From contig JAHJSY010000041.1 in NCBI GenBank assembly GCA_018830125.1, positions 1-63,817 of the forward strand: 63,817 nt of DNA. The letters are read 5' to 3'. Positions 45,132 to 53,478 of this stretch are shown here, piece by piece (position 1 is the first letter of the stretch; every line of letters starts with the position of its first letter). Both the position numbers and the translations under genes were made by a program. The notes beneath the pieces were generated by a model. That model was given only the letters and a program-made list of their open reading frames with translations, searched no databases and was not told where the DNA came from. The stretch comes from Patescibacteria group bacterium. GTDB lineage: Bacteria > Patescibacteriota > Minisyncoccia > Minisyncoccales > GWA2-38-27.

Positions 45132-46154
45132 ATGAGTAATAAGATAAGTTCTTATTTAGGTAAATTATTGATCGTTTTAGCCGTTTTAATCTTCGGCTTC
45201 TTTATTTTCAGCTCAAATTCGGTGTTAAGATCTCTTGAAGATTTTTCTCTTTTAGCTTCAGCTGTGGACTCGGGTCAGGAATTATTTGTCGCAGGATCTA
45301 GTAATATTGCTAGAGAGTCCCCTAATATGAATTTTGTTCAAAATAATAGCTTAGTTGCCGTCGCTCCTCCAATGACGATTGATGTTAATACTTTGGGAAG
45401 CATGATCGGTGGTATTGAAGAAGACGATGGTACTCGGAAAGAAATTCTTGAATATATTGTTGAGCCAGATGACACTCTTTCAACAATTGCCGACAAGTTT
45501 GATATTTCTTTAAGTACAATTTTAATAGCTAATGATCTCGGGTCTAAGTCAACCATTAAGCCTGGTCAAAAACTTATTATTCTTCCAGTATCGGGTGTTA
45601 TTTATCATGTTAAAAATGGAGATACATTGGGTGATATTGCTAAAACTTATAAAGGAAAAACAACGGAAATAATTGCTGTTAATAATCTTTCTGGCGAGGG
45701 TAACATATTCATCGGAGATATTTTAGTTATTCCTAATGGAAAAATACCGGTCTCTGGGTCAAGTACCTACGCTGCTAATATCCCAGTTGGCTCAAGTTAT
45801 TTTATTGCTCCTTTAGCCAGATATACAATTACCCAAGGACTTCATTGGTATAATGCTATTGATTTTGCTGCTCCTTGTGGAACTTCAATATATGCCACTG
45901 CCGCTGGAGTAATTCAGAGAGTAGAATATGGATGGAACGGAGGAGCGGGAAATTATCTTAGAATTTTACATCCTAACGGAGTTGTTACAATGTATGGACA
46001 TATCCAAAAGAGCTTAGTCGTTCAAGGTCAAAATGTTTCCCAAGGAGAAAGAATTGCTTTAGTCGGCGGAAAACCAGGAACAACTGGTGCTGGAAAATCA
46101 ACTGGATGTCATGTCCATTTTGACGTCCGTGGAGCTCGCAACCCCTTTCAATAA
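45132..46154 (+). CDS. LysM-LysM-M23 peptidoglycan endopeptidase
   Basis: TM anchor and two LysM repeats (YIVEPDDTLSTIADKF.., YHVKNGDTLGDIAKTY..). M23 motifs HWYNAIDF and GCHVHFDV. Start moved to ATG 45132 because the track start lies inside the palindromes. Confidence 0.85.
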   Translation: MSNKISSYLGKLLIVLAVLIFGFFIFSSNSVLRSLEDFSLLASAVDSGQELFVAGSSNIARESPNMNFVQNNSLVAVAPPMTIDVNTLGSMIGGIEEDDGTRKEILEYIVEPDDTLSTIADKFDISLSTILIANDLGSKSTIKPGQKLIILPVSGVIYHVKNGDTLGDIAKTYKGKTTEIIAVNNLSGEGNIFIGDILVIPNGKIPVSGSSTYAANIPVGSSYFIAPLARYTITQGLHWYNAIDFAAPCGTSIYATAAGVIQRVEYGWNGGAGNYLRILHPNGVVTMYGHIQKSLVVQGQNVSQGERIALVGGKPGTTGAGKSTGCHVHFDVRGARNPFQ

Positions 46155-46157
46155 TAT

Positions 46158-46652
46158 ATGAAAAAAGCATTTTTAATATTCTTAATTGGTGGGCTTTTTC
46201 TTCCAAGCATTGCTTTAGCTCAACCTTTGGTTCATTGTAGTCTGACTGGCGACGGTAAACCAGCTTGTACATTCTGCGACCTTTTTGTTTTATTTGATAA
46301 TATAACAACCTTTTTATTTAAAGATATCATACCTATTTTAGCAGGTTTGATGATAGCCGTTGGCGGAGTATATTATCTTATTAGTCGAGGTGAGCCTGAA
46401 AAACTAGCTAGTGCCAAGAAGATATTTTCATCAGTTGCCATAGGGCTTTTAATAGCTTACAGTGCTTGGTTAATTGTTAATACGTTTTTTATGGTGGTTG
46501 GGATATCAAGATGGGATGGCTTTGACGGCGGTTGGTGGCAAATCAATTGCCCCACCACATCATCATCTTCGGAATCATCAGCACCTACTACCGATGAAAT
46601 AGACAAGGCAATAGAGCAATATGAAGATGTATTTAAGGTAAAACATTATTAA
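46158..46652 (+). CDS. short T4SS pilin-like (VirB2/TrbC-type) protein
   Basis: Signal peptide ..SIALAQ. IIPILAGLMIAVGGVYYLISRGEPEKLASAKKIFSSVAIGLLIAYSAWLIVNTFF is paralogous to the hairpin of the 777-aa and 473-aa proteins. Starts 4 nt after the M23 gene. Confidence 0.65.
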   Translation: MKKAFLIFLIGGLFLPSIALAQPLVHCSLTGDGKPACTFCDLFVLFDNITTFLFKDIIPILAGLMIAVGGVYYLISRGEPEKLASAKKIFSSVAIGLLIAYSAWLIVNTFFMVVGISRWDGFDGGWWQINCPTTSSSSESSAPTTDEIDKAIEQYEDVFKVKHY

Positions 46653-46708
46653 CAAATGGGGTAAATCTCGGTTGTTTTTTTGCGTAAAATAATGTAGGAT
46701 ATTAAAAT

Positions 46709-46781
46709 GCCCCTATAACTCAATTGGTAGAGTAACGGCCTCTTAAGCCGGTTGTTCCAGGTTCAAGTCCTGGTGGGGGCA
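46709..46781 (+). tRNA. tRNA-Lys (anticodon CTT)
   Basis: Hand-folded cloverleaf. Acceptor GCCCCTA/TGGGGGC, anticodon loop CTCTTAA, T arm CCAGG-TTCAAGT-CCTGG. No encoded CCA. Confidence 0.9.
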
Positions 46782-46816
46782 CAAATAAAAAAAATATTGA
46801 GGTTGAACCTCAATAG

Positions 46817-46844
46817 TTGACATTGGATGTTGGTGGATTATAAT
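46817..46844 (+). promoter_or_regulatory. promoter TTGACA-16-TATAAT
   Basis: The -10 lies downstream of the track start codon (46827). The in-frame ATG 46851 would sit at about the transcription start, suggesting a possibly leaderless mRNA. Confidence 0.5.
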
Positions 46845-46850
46845 GGAAAT

Positions 46851-47111
46851 ATGGATTTAATGAATAATCAAAACAATCAAAATAGCAGTGTTACGATTGG
46901 AGATTTGGCTAGAATGGTTCAAAAAGGGTTTGAAGAAACGGCCAAAAAAGAAGAGGTTAATATGCGATTTAACCAAGCAGATCATCGCTTTAATCGGATA
47001 GATGATCGTTTAGAAACGATTGAGAAGCTTTTAATTAAAGGTCATAGAATAAGAATAGAGAAGATAGAAGAAGACATAAAAGAACTAAAGAGTCTTTTAG
47101 TTATTGGTTAG
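46851..47111 (+). CDS. small coiled-coil hypothetical protein
   Basis: ORF from the track, trimmed to ATG 46851 because of the promoter position. No family recognised. Confidence 0.45.
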   Translation: MDLMNNQNNQNSSVTIGDLARMVQKGFEETAKKEEVNMRFNQADHRFNRIDDRLETIEKLLIKGHRIRIEKIEEDIKELKSLLVIG

Positions 47112-47333
47112 TTTTTAGTAGTTTTGATAAGTTTAAGGAGCCTAGCTTCCCGCCTATTGGCAAGCAGGCTTGTTTTTTTTGATTAGTAATAAAAAGATAT
47201 AATATTATCAAAATTTCTGTAATAGTTTTTAATGAACTTAAATTTAACTACTCGTCGTGGACGGTTACCTGTCTGCCGACGGGCAGGGAACTCTTCTCGC
47301 TTTTTTAGCGATTTTTTGTTAAGATAGAATAAT

Positions 47334-47840
47334 ATGAAACTTCTATTAGAAATATCAGATAAAGATGTAAATAATGGTTCAGTTGAAAGATTTAATAAGC
47401 CCTACACTCTACGAAAGGCAGCTAGGGCGATTGTTGTTAATGATAAAAACGAAATAGCCTTTCAATTTAATTCTAAATATAATTATCATAAGCTACCTGG
47501 AGGTGGAATAAATGAGGGAGAAACCATATTGCAAGGATTAAAAAGAGAAATTAAAGAAGAAACTGGTTGTGAGAATATAGAAATAATAGATGAGATAGGA
47601 ATGATTATCGAATATAGAAATGAATTAGATATTTTGCAAATATCATACTGTTATCTTGCAAAACCAATAGGAGGAATGTTTGAACCTCAATACGATAAAG
47701 GAGAACTAGAAGATGGCTTTAAGCCCTTATGGGTATCAAAAGATGAAGCAATAGAATTGCTCAAAGAAGATAAACCAAATGATTATGAAGGAAAATTTAT
47801 TGTTAAAAGAGATCTAGCCTTTTTGGAGAAAGTAAAATAG
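47334..47840 (+). CDS. NUDIX hydrolase
   Basis: Nudix box GGGINEGETILQGLKREIKEETGC. Confidence 0.85.
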   Translation: MKLLLEISDKDVNNGSVERFNKPYTLRKAARAIVVNDKNEIAFQFNSKYNYHKLPGGGINEGETILQGLKREIKEETGCENIEIIDEIGMIIEYRNELDILQISYCYLAKPIGGMFEPQYDKGELEDGFKPLWVSKDEAIELLKEDKPNDYEGKFIVKRDLAFLEKVK

Positions 47841-47955
47841 TGAAAGCGAGGCAGAGTAAGCCCTAAAATATTAAATCTGGGATATAGATATACTCATTCT
47901 GTTGTTGAATAATGGTTCTAACGTTGTTCACGATGCGGAGCATAAGAGAAAATCA

Positions 47956-48056
47956 CGGAAAGTCGTTCGTCGTCGAGAGGTCCGTACCTCTAGCGATTAG
48001 CGGAGAGGTCGGACCTCTACGCAACTCAGAAGGTCGTTTCTTGGGAAGCGATTTTT
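47956..48056. repeat. hairpin-rich ~100-nt repeat, long version
   Basis: CGGAAAGTCGTTCGTCGTCGAGAGGTCCGTACCTCTA..CGCAACTC..GGGAAGCGATTTT. Matches 49522..49593 except for an extra internal GAGAGGTCGGACCTCTA hairpin. Confidence 0.75.
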
Positions 48057-48091
48057 TATTTTGAATTTAATTTATGATATAATAGAAGAAG

Positions 48092-48328
48092 ATGAAAAAG
48101 AATATTTTATCTCTTGTGATAACGCTGGGGGAAGGTGTCTATCTTTCGTGGATGAGTTCAGCTATAATGGTTCCCGGTGGCCTTTTAATGTTTATAAACT
48201 TCCCTGCTCTGCTTAAGAAAAAAATTCCCAAAGATAAGGATTTAGGATTCAAGGGTTTTCTTTTAGCTGGCTTAATCTTTATATTAATAATGACCTCCAT
48301 TTATCTATTCGCCTATTTAACAAGATAG
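48092..48328 (+). CDS. small membrane protein (78 aa)
   Basis: Two or three hydrophobic helices. No family recognised. Confidence 0.4.
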   Translation: MKKNILSLVITLGEGVYLSWMSSAIMVPGGLLMFINFPALLKKKIPKDKDLGFKGFLLAGLIFILIMTSIYLFAYLTR

Positions 48329-48396
48329 GTGGCGAAACGCGTTCGAGCTATTTTTATAATACAGCACACTTCCGTAACTTTATATAGTTATTGGAT

Positions 48397-48425
48397 TTGA
48401 CAAACTTTATAAAGTTTGCTATGAT
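48397..48425 (+). promoter_or_regulatory. promoter TTGACA-17-TATGAT containing an 18-bp perfect palindrome
   Basis: CAAACTTTATAAAGTTTG (48401..48418) fills the spacer. TGC provides an extended -10. Lies 10 nt 5' of the HTH-Fic gene. Confidence 0.6.
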
Positions 48426-48434
48426 GGTTGTAAT

Positions 48435-49361
48435 ATGACTGTCGCAGAAAAACTAAAAATTATCCAAAATATTTCTGGCTTAACTCAAGAAAAAATAGCT
48501 AAAAAGCTTGGAGTTTCTTTTGTTTCTTTTAATAGTTGGATTAACGGCAAATCGGAACCAAGAAGGAAAGCAAAAAAAAATATTGATAGCTTATATTCTG
48601 TGCAAGCTGGTCAGAAAATTATCATTGAGGATCCATTAAAAGCAAAAAAAGAAATAATAAAACATAAAGCTAGGAAATACAAAAATGTTTTGAAAGAGAT
48701 TCTGAAAAATCCTGATATTTGTGATCAATTCTTACTTGCGTTAACTTATAATACGAACCGGTTAGAAGGAAGCACTTTAACCGAAGATGATACTAAGGCA
48801 ATCTTGTTTGATAATGTTGCCTTATCAAATAAAACTATTACAGAACAGTTAGAAGCAAAAAATCATCAAACAGCTTTAAATTACTTGTTCAATTATATTT
48901 CTTTATCTTCATCTAGGATTAACGAAACATTGATTTTGAAACTTCATAGTATTCTAATGAATGGGATAAGAGACGATGCTGGCTCGTGGAGAAGGCATGG
49001 GGTGCGTATTGTTGGAACAAATGTCCCAACAGCTAATTATTTAAAAATTCCTCAGCTGATAGATAAATTAATTAAAGACATTAATTATAGAAATAAAGAT
49101 GCTATTTTTCATGTTAGTAACATACATAGTTGTTTTGAGAAAATTCATCCTTTTTCTGATGGAAACGGTAGGATAGGAAGATTGATTCTAATTGCTATGT
49201 TGTTGAAATGTAACTTACCACCAGCCATTATCAAACAACGGAAAAAACGTTCTTATAACTCCGCCCTTCGAAAATCTCAATTGCAAGAAAATTTTATCCC
49301 CCTAGAGAACTTTATCTGCGATTCTGTAATCGCAGGATTCTTAGTTTTAGAAAGAAAATGA
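48435..49361 (+). CDS. XRE-type HTH + Fic (AMPylase-family) protein
   Basis: N-terminal HTH TQEKIAKKLGVSFVSFNSWINGKSEP. Fic motif HPFSDGNGRIGR. Confidence 0.85.
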   Translation: MTVAEKLKIIQNISGLTQEKIAKKLGVSFVSFNSWINGKSEPRRKAKKNIDSLYSVQAGQKIIIEDPLKAKKEIIKHKARKYKNVLKEILKNPDICDQFLLALTYNTNRLEGSTLTEDDTKAILFDNVALSNKTITEQLEAKNHQTALNYLFNYISLSSSRINETLILKLHSILMNGIRDDAGSWRRHGVRIVGTNVPTANYLKIPQLIDKLIKDINYRNKDAIFHVSNIHSCFEKIHPFSDGNGRIGRLILIAMLLKCNLPPAIIKQRKKRSYNSALRKSQLQENFIPLENFICDSVIAGFLVLERK

Positions 49362-49417
49362 TGAAAGAGGGAAGCAAAGCTTGGGCGAGTAAAGCTTAGC
49401 TTTAAACATCTCGCTAG

Positions 49418-49482
49418 CTCAATTGGTAGAGTAACGGCCTCTTAAGCCGGTTGTTCCAGGTTCAAGTCCTGGTGGGGGCACA
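49418..49482 (+). repeat. duplicated 3' part of tRNA-Lys (no 5' acceptor strand)
   Basis: Identical to 46719..46783. The upstream ATCTCGC cannot pair with TGGGGGC, so this is not a functional tRNA. Confidence 0.85.
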
Positions 49483-49521
49483 TTCTTCTAGAAGATATTG
49501 AGGTTGAACCTCAATAGTGCT

Positions 49522-49593
49522 CGGAAAGTCTTTCGTCGTCGAGAGGTCCGTACCTCTACGCAACTCTTCCGTCGTTCCTCGGGAAACGATTTT
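49522..49593. repeat. hairpin-rich repeat, short version
   Basis: CGGAAAGTCTTTCGTCGTCGAGAGGTCCGTACCTCTACGCAACTC..GGGAAACGATTTT. See 47956..48056. Confidence 0.75.
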
Positions 49594-49617
49594 CGTAAAA
49601 TGACTAAAACCTTGTTT

Positions 49618-49658
49618 AAAAGTGATGCGTCCCCTTTCCCCTGCGTCCCCTTTCCCTC
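49618..49658. repeat. AAAAGTGATGCGTCCCCTTTCCC repeat (inverted copy of 10121..10151, internally duplicated)
   Basis: AAAAGTGATGCGTCCCCTTTCCCCTGCGTCCCCTTTCCCTC. Confidence 0.7.
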
Positions 49659-49700
49659 TGACTCCTTGTTTTTATATTTAAGCTAAGATATAATAATATA

Positions 49701-50042
49701 ATGAGCAAGTTTTCTTATCTAACTAAAAAAGAAAAAGGAGTTCTGGACGATTTTAAACAAGAAATTAGTCAGTAGCTGGCTGGTGAGCTTTTAGAATTGA
49801 AACTGTTCGGTTCAAAGGCTAGAGGTGACTCAAGAAAAGATTCAGATATTGATATTTTAGTTGTTCTTAAATCTAAATCAAGAGAAAAAGAAAACTTTAT
49901 AATAGACCTAACGGTTAAAATTTTGTTGGAATACGGGATAGATATTTCTCCTCATATTTACTCTCAAAAGGAATATTCTTATTTAAACAAAATTCCAAGT
50001 GTTTTTATGCAAGTTATACAAAAAGAAGCTTTTGCGTTATGA
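49701..50042 (+). pseudogene. MNT-type nucleotidyltransferase (antitoxin-like) with in-frame TAG
   Basis: ATG 49701 is in frame with track ORF 49797..50042. Codon 25 is TAG (49773..49775). GSKARGDSRKDSDIDILV is the minimal NTase motif. Confidence 0.7.
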
Positions 50043-50434
50043 AAAATTATCAAGATTTAAATCCAACAAAAAAGGAAATTGTCATTCTTCTCAAATCGGC
50101 TAGAGATAGAATAAAATCAGCGAATATTTTATTAAAAGAAGATTAATATCGTGATGCAATTTCTCGAAGTTATTACGCTTTTTTGGATGCAGCCAAAGCT
50201 CTTCTCTTGACCAAAGGAAAAACTGCTAAAACTCACGGAGGCGTTTTGCTTTTACTCGGCTTAGAGTTTGGGAGAAATAAAGAAATTTCTTCAGAATTTT
50301 TTAGTTTATACAAAAGAGTTAAAAGAACTAGGGAAGAAGCGGATTATGAATTTTTGAGAAAGTTTTCCAAATCAGAAACAGAAGAAGCGATCAAAATGGC
50401 AGAAAAATTTGTGAGCTTTATTGAAAAAAAATAA
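50039..50434 (+). pseudogene. HEPN-domain protein (toxin-like) with in-frame TAA
   Basis: ATG 50039 overlaps the MNT stop (ATGA). Codon 36 is TAA (50144..50146). RDAISRSYYAFLDAAKALL and the R(x)4-6H-like REEADYE region fit HEPN. Confidence 0.65.
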
Positions 50435-50519
50435 AAAATCTTTAATTTGAATAATAATACAACAGATCTAGATCTTGACTCCTTGTTTTTTTTGAGGAGA
50501 TATGATATGCTTAAAAAAC

Positions 50520-50786
50520 ATGTTAAAGACAGAAGAGAAATTAAAGATAATTAAAGAGCACAAGATAAATGATGCTGATACGGGATCTGACGATGTTCAG
50601 ATTGTTTTGCTTTCAGGGGAAATTAAAGAATTGCTTTCTCATTTGAAGAAACATCCTAAAGATTTTCACTCTAAAAAAGGTCTTTTAAAAATGGTTTCCC
50701 AAAGAAGAAAACTTTTAAAACATTTAAAAAAAGAAGACGAAAAAAGATATAATAAGATCGTTAAAGCCGTAGGGCTTAAACGATAA
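50520..50786 (+). CDS. rpsO: 30S ribosomal protein S15
   Basis: 88 aa from ATG 50520. DTGSDDVQIVLLSGEI..L..HLKKHPKDFHSKKGLLKMVSQRRKLLKHL is the S15 signature. Confidence 0.9.
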   Translation: MLKTEEKLKIIKEHKINDADTGSDDVQIVLLSGEIKELLSHLKKHPKDFHSKKGLLKMVSQRRKLLKHLKKEDEKRYNKIVKAVGLKR

Positions 50787-50798
50787 TTTTTAGACACC

Positions 50799-51302
50799 AT
50801 GGTTATAAAACATATTGGACAACGCGTAGGAGTATTAATGGATGTTCAAAACCTATATCATTCAGCCAAGAATTTATATAACGCCAGAGTTAATTTTAAA
50901 GAGATTTTGAAGACATCAATTGATGAAAGAAGTTTAATCAGGGTTTTTGCTTATGTTATAAGTACCAAAACGGGAGAAGAAAAACCCTTTTTCGAGGCCT
51001 TAACTAGATTAGGTATTGAAACAAGAGTTAAGGAATTACAGGAGTTTTACGGAGGAGCAAAGAAGGCTGATTGGGATGTCGGTTTAGTCATAGATGCTAT
51101 TAGAATTGCTCCTAGCGTTGACACTTTGGTAATAGTTTCTGGAGATGGAGACTTTATTTCTTTAGTGGAATATTTAAAAAATCAAGGAAAAAGAGTAGAA
51201 GTAGTTGCTTTTGGAAAATCAGCTTCTTCCAAGTTAAGAGAAATAGCTGACGAGTTTGTTGACTTAGGAGCAACTCCTAGAAAGTATTTGTTGAAAAAAT
51301 AA
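50799..51302 (+). CDS. NYN/LabA-like domain protein (predicted RNase fold)
   Basis: VGVLMDVQNLY and VSGDGDFISLVEYLKNQGKRVEVVAF motifs. Confidence 0.7.
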   Translation: MVIKHIGQRVGVLMDVQNLYHSAKNLYNARVNFKEILKTSIDERSLIRVFAYVISTKTGEEKPFFEALTRLGIETRVKELQEFYGGAKKADWDVGLVIDAIRIAPSVDTLVIVSGDGDFISLVEYLKNQGKRVEVVAFGKSASSKLREIADEFVDLGATPRKYLLKK

Positions 51303-51389
51303 GTTAACACGACACCAATATACGAATTGACACCAATGACACGAATATTCGTAACATTGGTGAATTATTAGTGTATTGGTATCGAGTAT
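51303..51389. repeat. second copy of the ~82-nt MITE-like palindrome
   Basis: AACACGACACCAATATACGAATTGACACCAATGACACGAATATTCGTAACATTGGTGAATTATTAGTGTATTGGTATCGAGT. Inverted relative to 28318..28400. Confidence 0.8.
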
Positions 51390-53471
51390 ATGAAATTTAA
51401 TTTAAAACTAGACGGAAAGGATATTGAAATTGAAACTAATAGCTTAGCCGAACAAGCCAACGGAAGTGCTTTGGTTCGTTGCGGGGACACAATGGTTTTA
51501 GCGACAGCTGTAATGGATAAACAAGATCGAGAAGATCGTGGGTTTTTTCCTTTGACTGTGGAATATCAAGAAAGATATTATGCTGCTGGAAAAATTGGTG
51601 GTGGTCGCTTTATGAAAAGAGAGGCCAGGCCTTCTGATGAAGCAACTTTAAACGCTAGAATAATAGATAGATCTATTCGCCCAAGATTTCCTAAAGAGTT
51701 GACTAAAGAGGTTCAAATAATCACGACCGTTTTATCTTGGGACGGGGAAAACGATCCAGACGTTTTGAGCTTAATAGCTACCTCTACTGCCCTATCAGTT
51801 TCTAATATACCTTGGAATGGTCCTTTGGGAGCCATTAGGGTTTGTCGTAGAGACAATCAGTTTATTCTAAACCCCAATTATGAAGAACGTAAAGAAAATG
51901 ATATGGATATAATGTTTGTTGGGCTTTATGAGAAAAAAGAATTTGTCATTAATATGATTGAAGGTGGTTGTAAAGAAGTAGACGAAAAGTCAATAATGGA
52001 TGCTTACGATTTTGGCGAAAAATATATCAAAAAACTGCTTGATTTCCAAAAAGAAATCCAAGATAAAATCGGAGAAGAAAAATATGTTTTGGAGCCGGCT
52101 AAAAAAGATATTGAATTGGAAAAAGAAATAAATGACTTTTTGGGAGACAAATACGAAAAAGCATTCTTCCAAAAGGATAAAGCAAAAAAATCAAAAGATA
52201 TAGAGAATTTAACGAAGGAACTTGGGTTTTTTCTTGACGAGAAATATCCCGAAGACGATAAAAAGAAGTATGCCTTTAGCTTTTTAGACAAAGAAGGAGA
52301 TAGATTAGTTCATGAAGGGGTGTTAAAAGAAAACAAAAGAGTTGATGGAAGAAAGCTAGACGAAGTTAGAAGGATTATTGCTGATGTGTCTGTTCTCCCG
52401 AGAACTCACGGAACGGGATTATTTTCAAGAGGTTTAACTAAATCATTATCAATATTAACCCTAGGATCTCCTGGAGATCAACAGTTAATTGACGGAATGG
52501 AAGTAAATGAAGATAAAAGGTTTATGCATCATTATAACTTTCCTCCTTATTCTGTTGGAGAAACTGGTTTCATGAGGGGTCCCGGAAGAAGGGAAATCGG
52601 CCACGGATTGTTAGCTGAAAAAGCATTGACGCCGCTCATTCCTAGTTCGGAAGAATATCCTTATACTATTAGAATTGTATCTGAAATTCTTTCTTCAAAT
52701 GGTTCTAGTTCTATGGCATCTACTTCCAGTTCTGCTTTAGCTTTAATGGATGCTGGAGTTCCAATTAAAAGGTTGGTAACGGGAGTGGCTATGGGGTTAA
52801 TTAAAGATGATAAAGAGTACAAGATACTAGCTGATATTCAGGGACCAGAAGATCATCATGGTGATATGGATTTTAAAGTAGCTGGAACGCGTGAAGGAAT
52901 TACAGCCATTCAAATGGATGTAAAAATAGAAGGAATAACCAGAGCCATTATGGAAGAAACATTAAAGATGGCTAAAAAGGCACGTTATTCAATATTAGAT
53001 GTTATGGAAAAAACCATTTCTAAGCCAGCTGAACCTTCTAAGTATGCACCTCGCATTATAACTATTACAATAAATCCAAGCAAAATTGGTGAAATAATAG
53101 GTCCGGGTGGAAAAGTTATTAACAAGATTATTGATGAGACAGGAGCTCAAATAGATATTGAAGATTCAGGTCAAGTTTTTGTCACTTCTGACAATAGCGA
53201 ATCAGCCGAAAAAGCCGTTAATTGGATTAAGGGTATTGTTGAAGAAGCTGAAATAGGAAAGATATATGAAGGAGAGGTAAAAAAGATTATGGAATTTGGT
53301 GCTTTTGTTGAAGTTCTTCCCGGTAAAGATGGTCTAATTCATATTTCTAAATTATCTGATAAAAGAGTAGAAAAAGTTGGAGACATCGTTAAAGAAGGAG
53401 AGATTGTTTCAGTAAAAGTTCTCTCCATAGATGCCCAAGGAAAAATAAGCCTTCAACTAATCAAGAAATAA
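51390..53471 (+). CDS. pnp: polyribonucleotide nucleotidyltransferase (PNPase)
   Basis: 693 aa. Two RNase PH domains, then KH (IGPGGKVINKI) and S1 (GEVKKIMEFGAFVE) domains. Confidence 0.95.
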   Translation: MKFNLKLDGKDIEIETNSLAEQANGSALVRCGDTMVLATAVMDKQDREDRGFFPLTVEYQERYYAAGKIGGGRFMKREARPSDEATLNARIIDRSIRPRFPKELTKEVQIITTVLSWDGENDPDVLSLIATSTALSVSNIPWNGPLGAIRVCRRDNQFILNPNYEERKENDMDIMFVGLYEKKEFVINMIEGGCKEVDEKSIMDAYDFGEKYIKKLLDFQKEIQDKIGEEKYVLEPAKKDIELEKEINDFLGDKYEKAFFQKDKAKKSKDIENLTKELGFFLDEKYPEDDKKKYAFSFLDKEGDRLVHEGVLKENKRVDGRKLDEVRRIIADVSVLPRTHGTGLFSRGLTKSLSILTLGSPGDQQLIDGMEVNEDKRFMHHYNFPPYSVGETGFMRGPGRREIGHGLLAEKALTPLIPSSEEYPYTIRIVSEILSSNGSSSMASTSSSALALMDAGVPIKRLVTGVAMGLIKDDKEYKILADIQGPEDHHGDMDFKVAGTREGITAIQMDVKIEGITRAIMEETLKMAKKARYSILDVMEKTISKPAEPSKYAPRIITITINPSKIGEIIGPGGKVINKIIDETGAQIDIEDSGQVFVTSDNSESAEKAVNWIKGIVEEAEIGKIYEGEVKKIMEFGAFVEVLPGKDGLIHISKLSDKRVEKVGDIVKEGEIVSVKVLSIDAQGKISLQLIKK

Positions 53472-53478
53472 AATCGCA

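Larger units (their letters stand above)
46782..49518 (+). mobile_element. integrase-less genomic islet at tRNA-Lys, bounded by a duplicated tRNA 3' half plus hairpin
   Basis: 65 nt (46719..46783) are identical to 49418..49482. The same 24-nt hairpin ATATTGAGGTTGAACCTCAATAGT follows both copies (46794..46817, 49495..49518). Confidence 0.55.

Noticed and set aside
35119-46652. Diversity-generating retroelement or retron associated with the surface-protein genes
   Set aside because: No reverse-transcriptase ORF and no template/variable repeat pair was seen in or near the cluster.
46782-49518. Active prophage or integrative element at tRNA-Lys
   Set aside because: No integrase, excisionase, or replication or structural genes are present, and the element is only 2.7 kb. 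It is reported instead as a decayed or trans-mobilised islet.
49660-49676. Recurrent GACTCCTTGTTTTT strings (49662, 50477, 54518) as a repeat family
   Set aside because: Each is the descending arm plus T run of a different AAGGAG..CTCCTT-type hairpin. The similarity is explained by generic terminator composition.
49498-49686. 62-aa ORF from the track
   Set aside because: It is composed entirely of the hairpin repeats (49495..49518, 49522..49593, 49618..49658). It has an Arg/Ser-rich product and no RBS.
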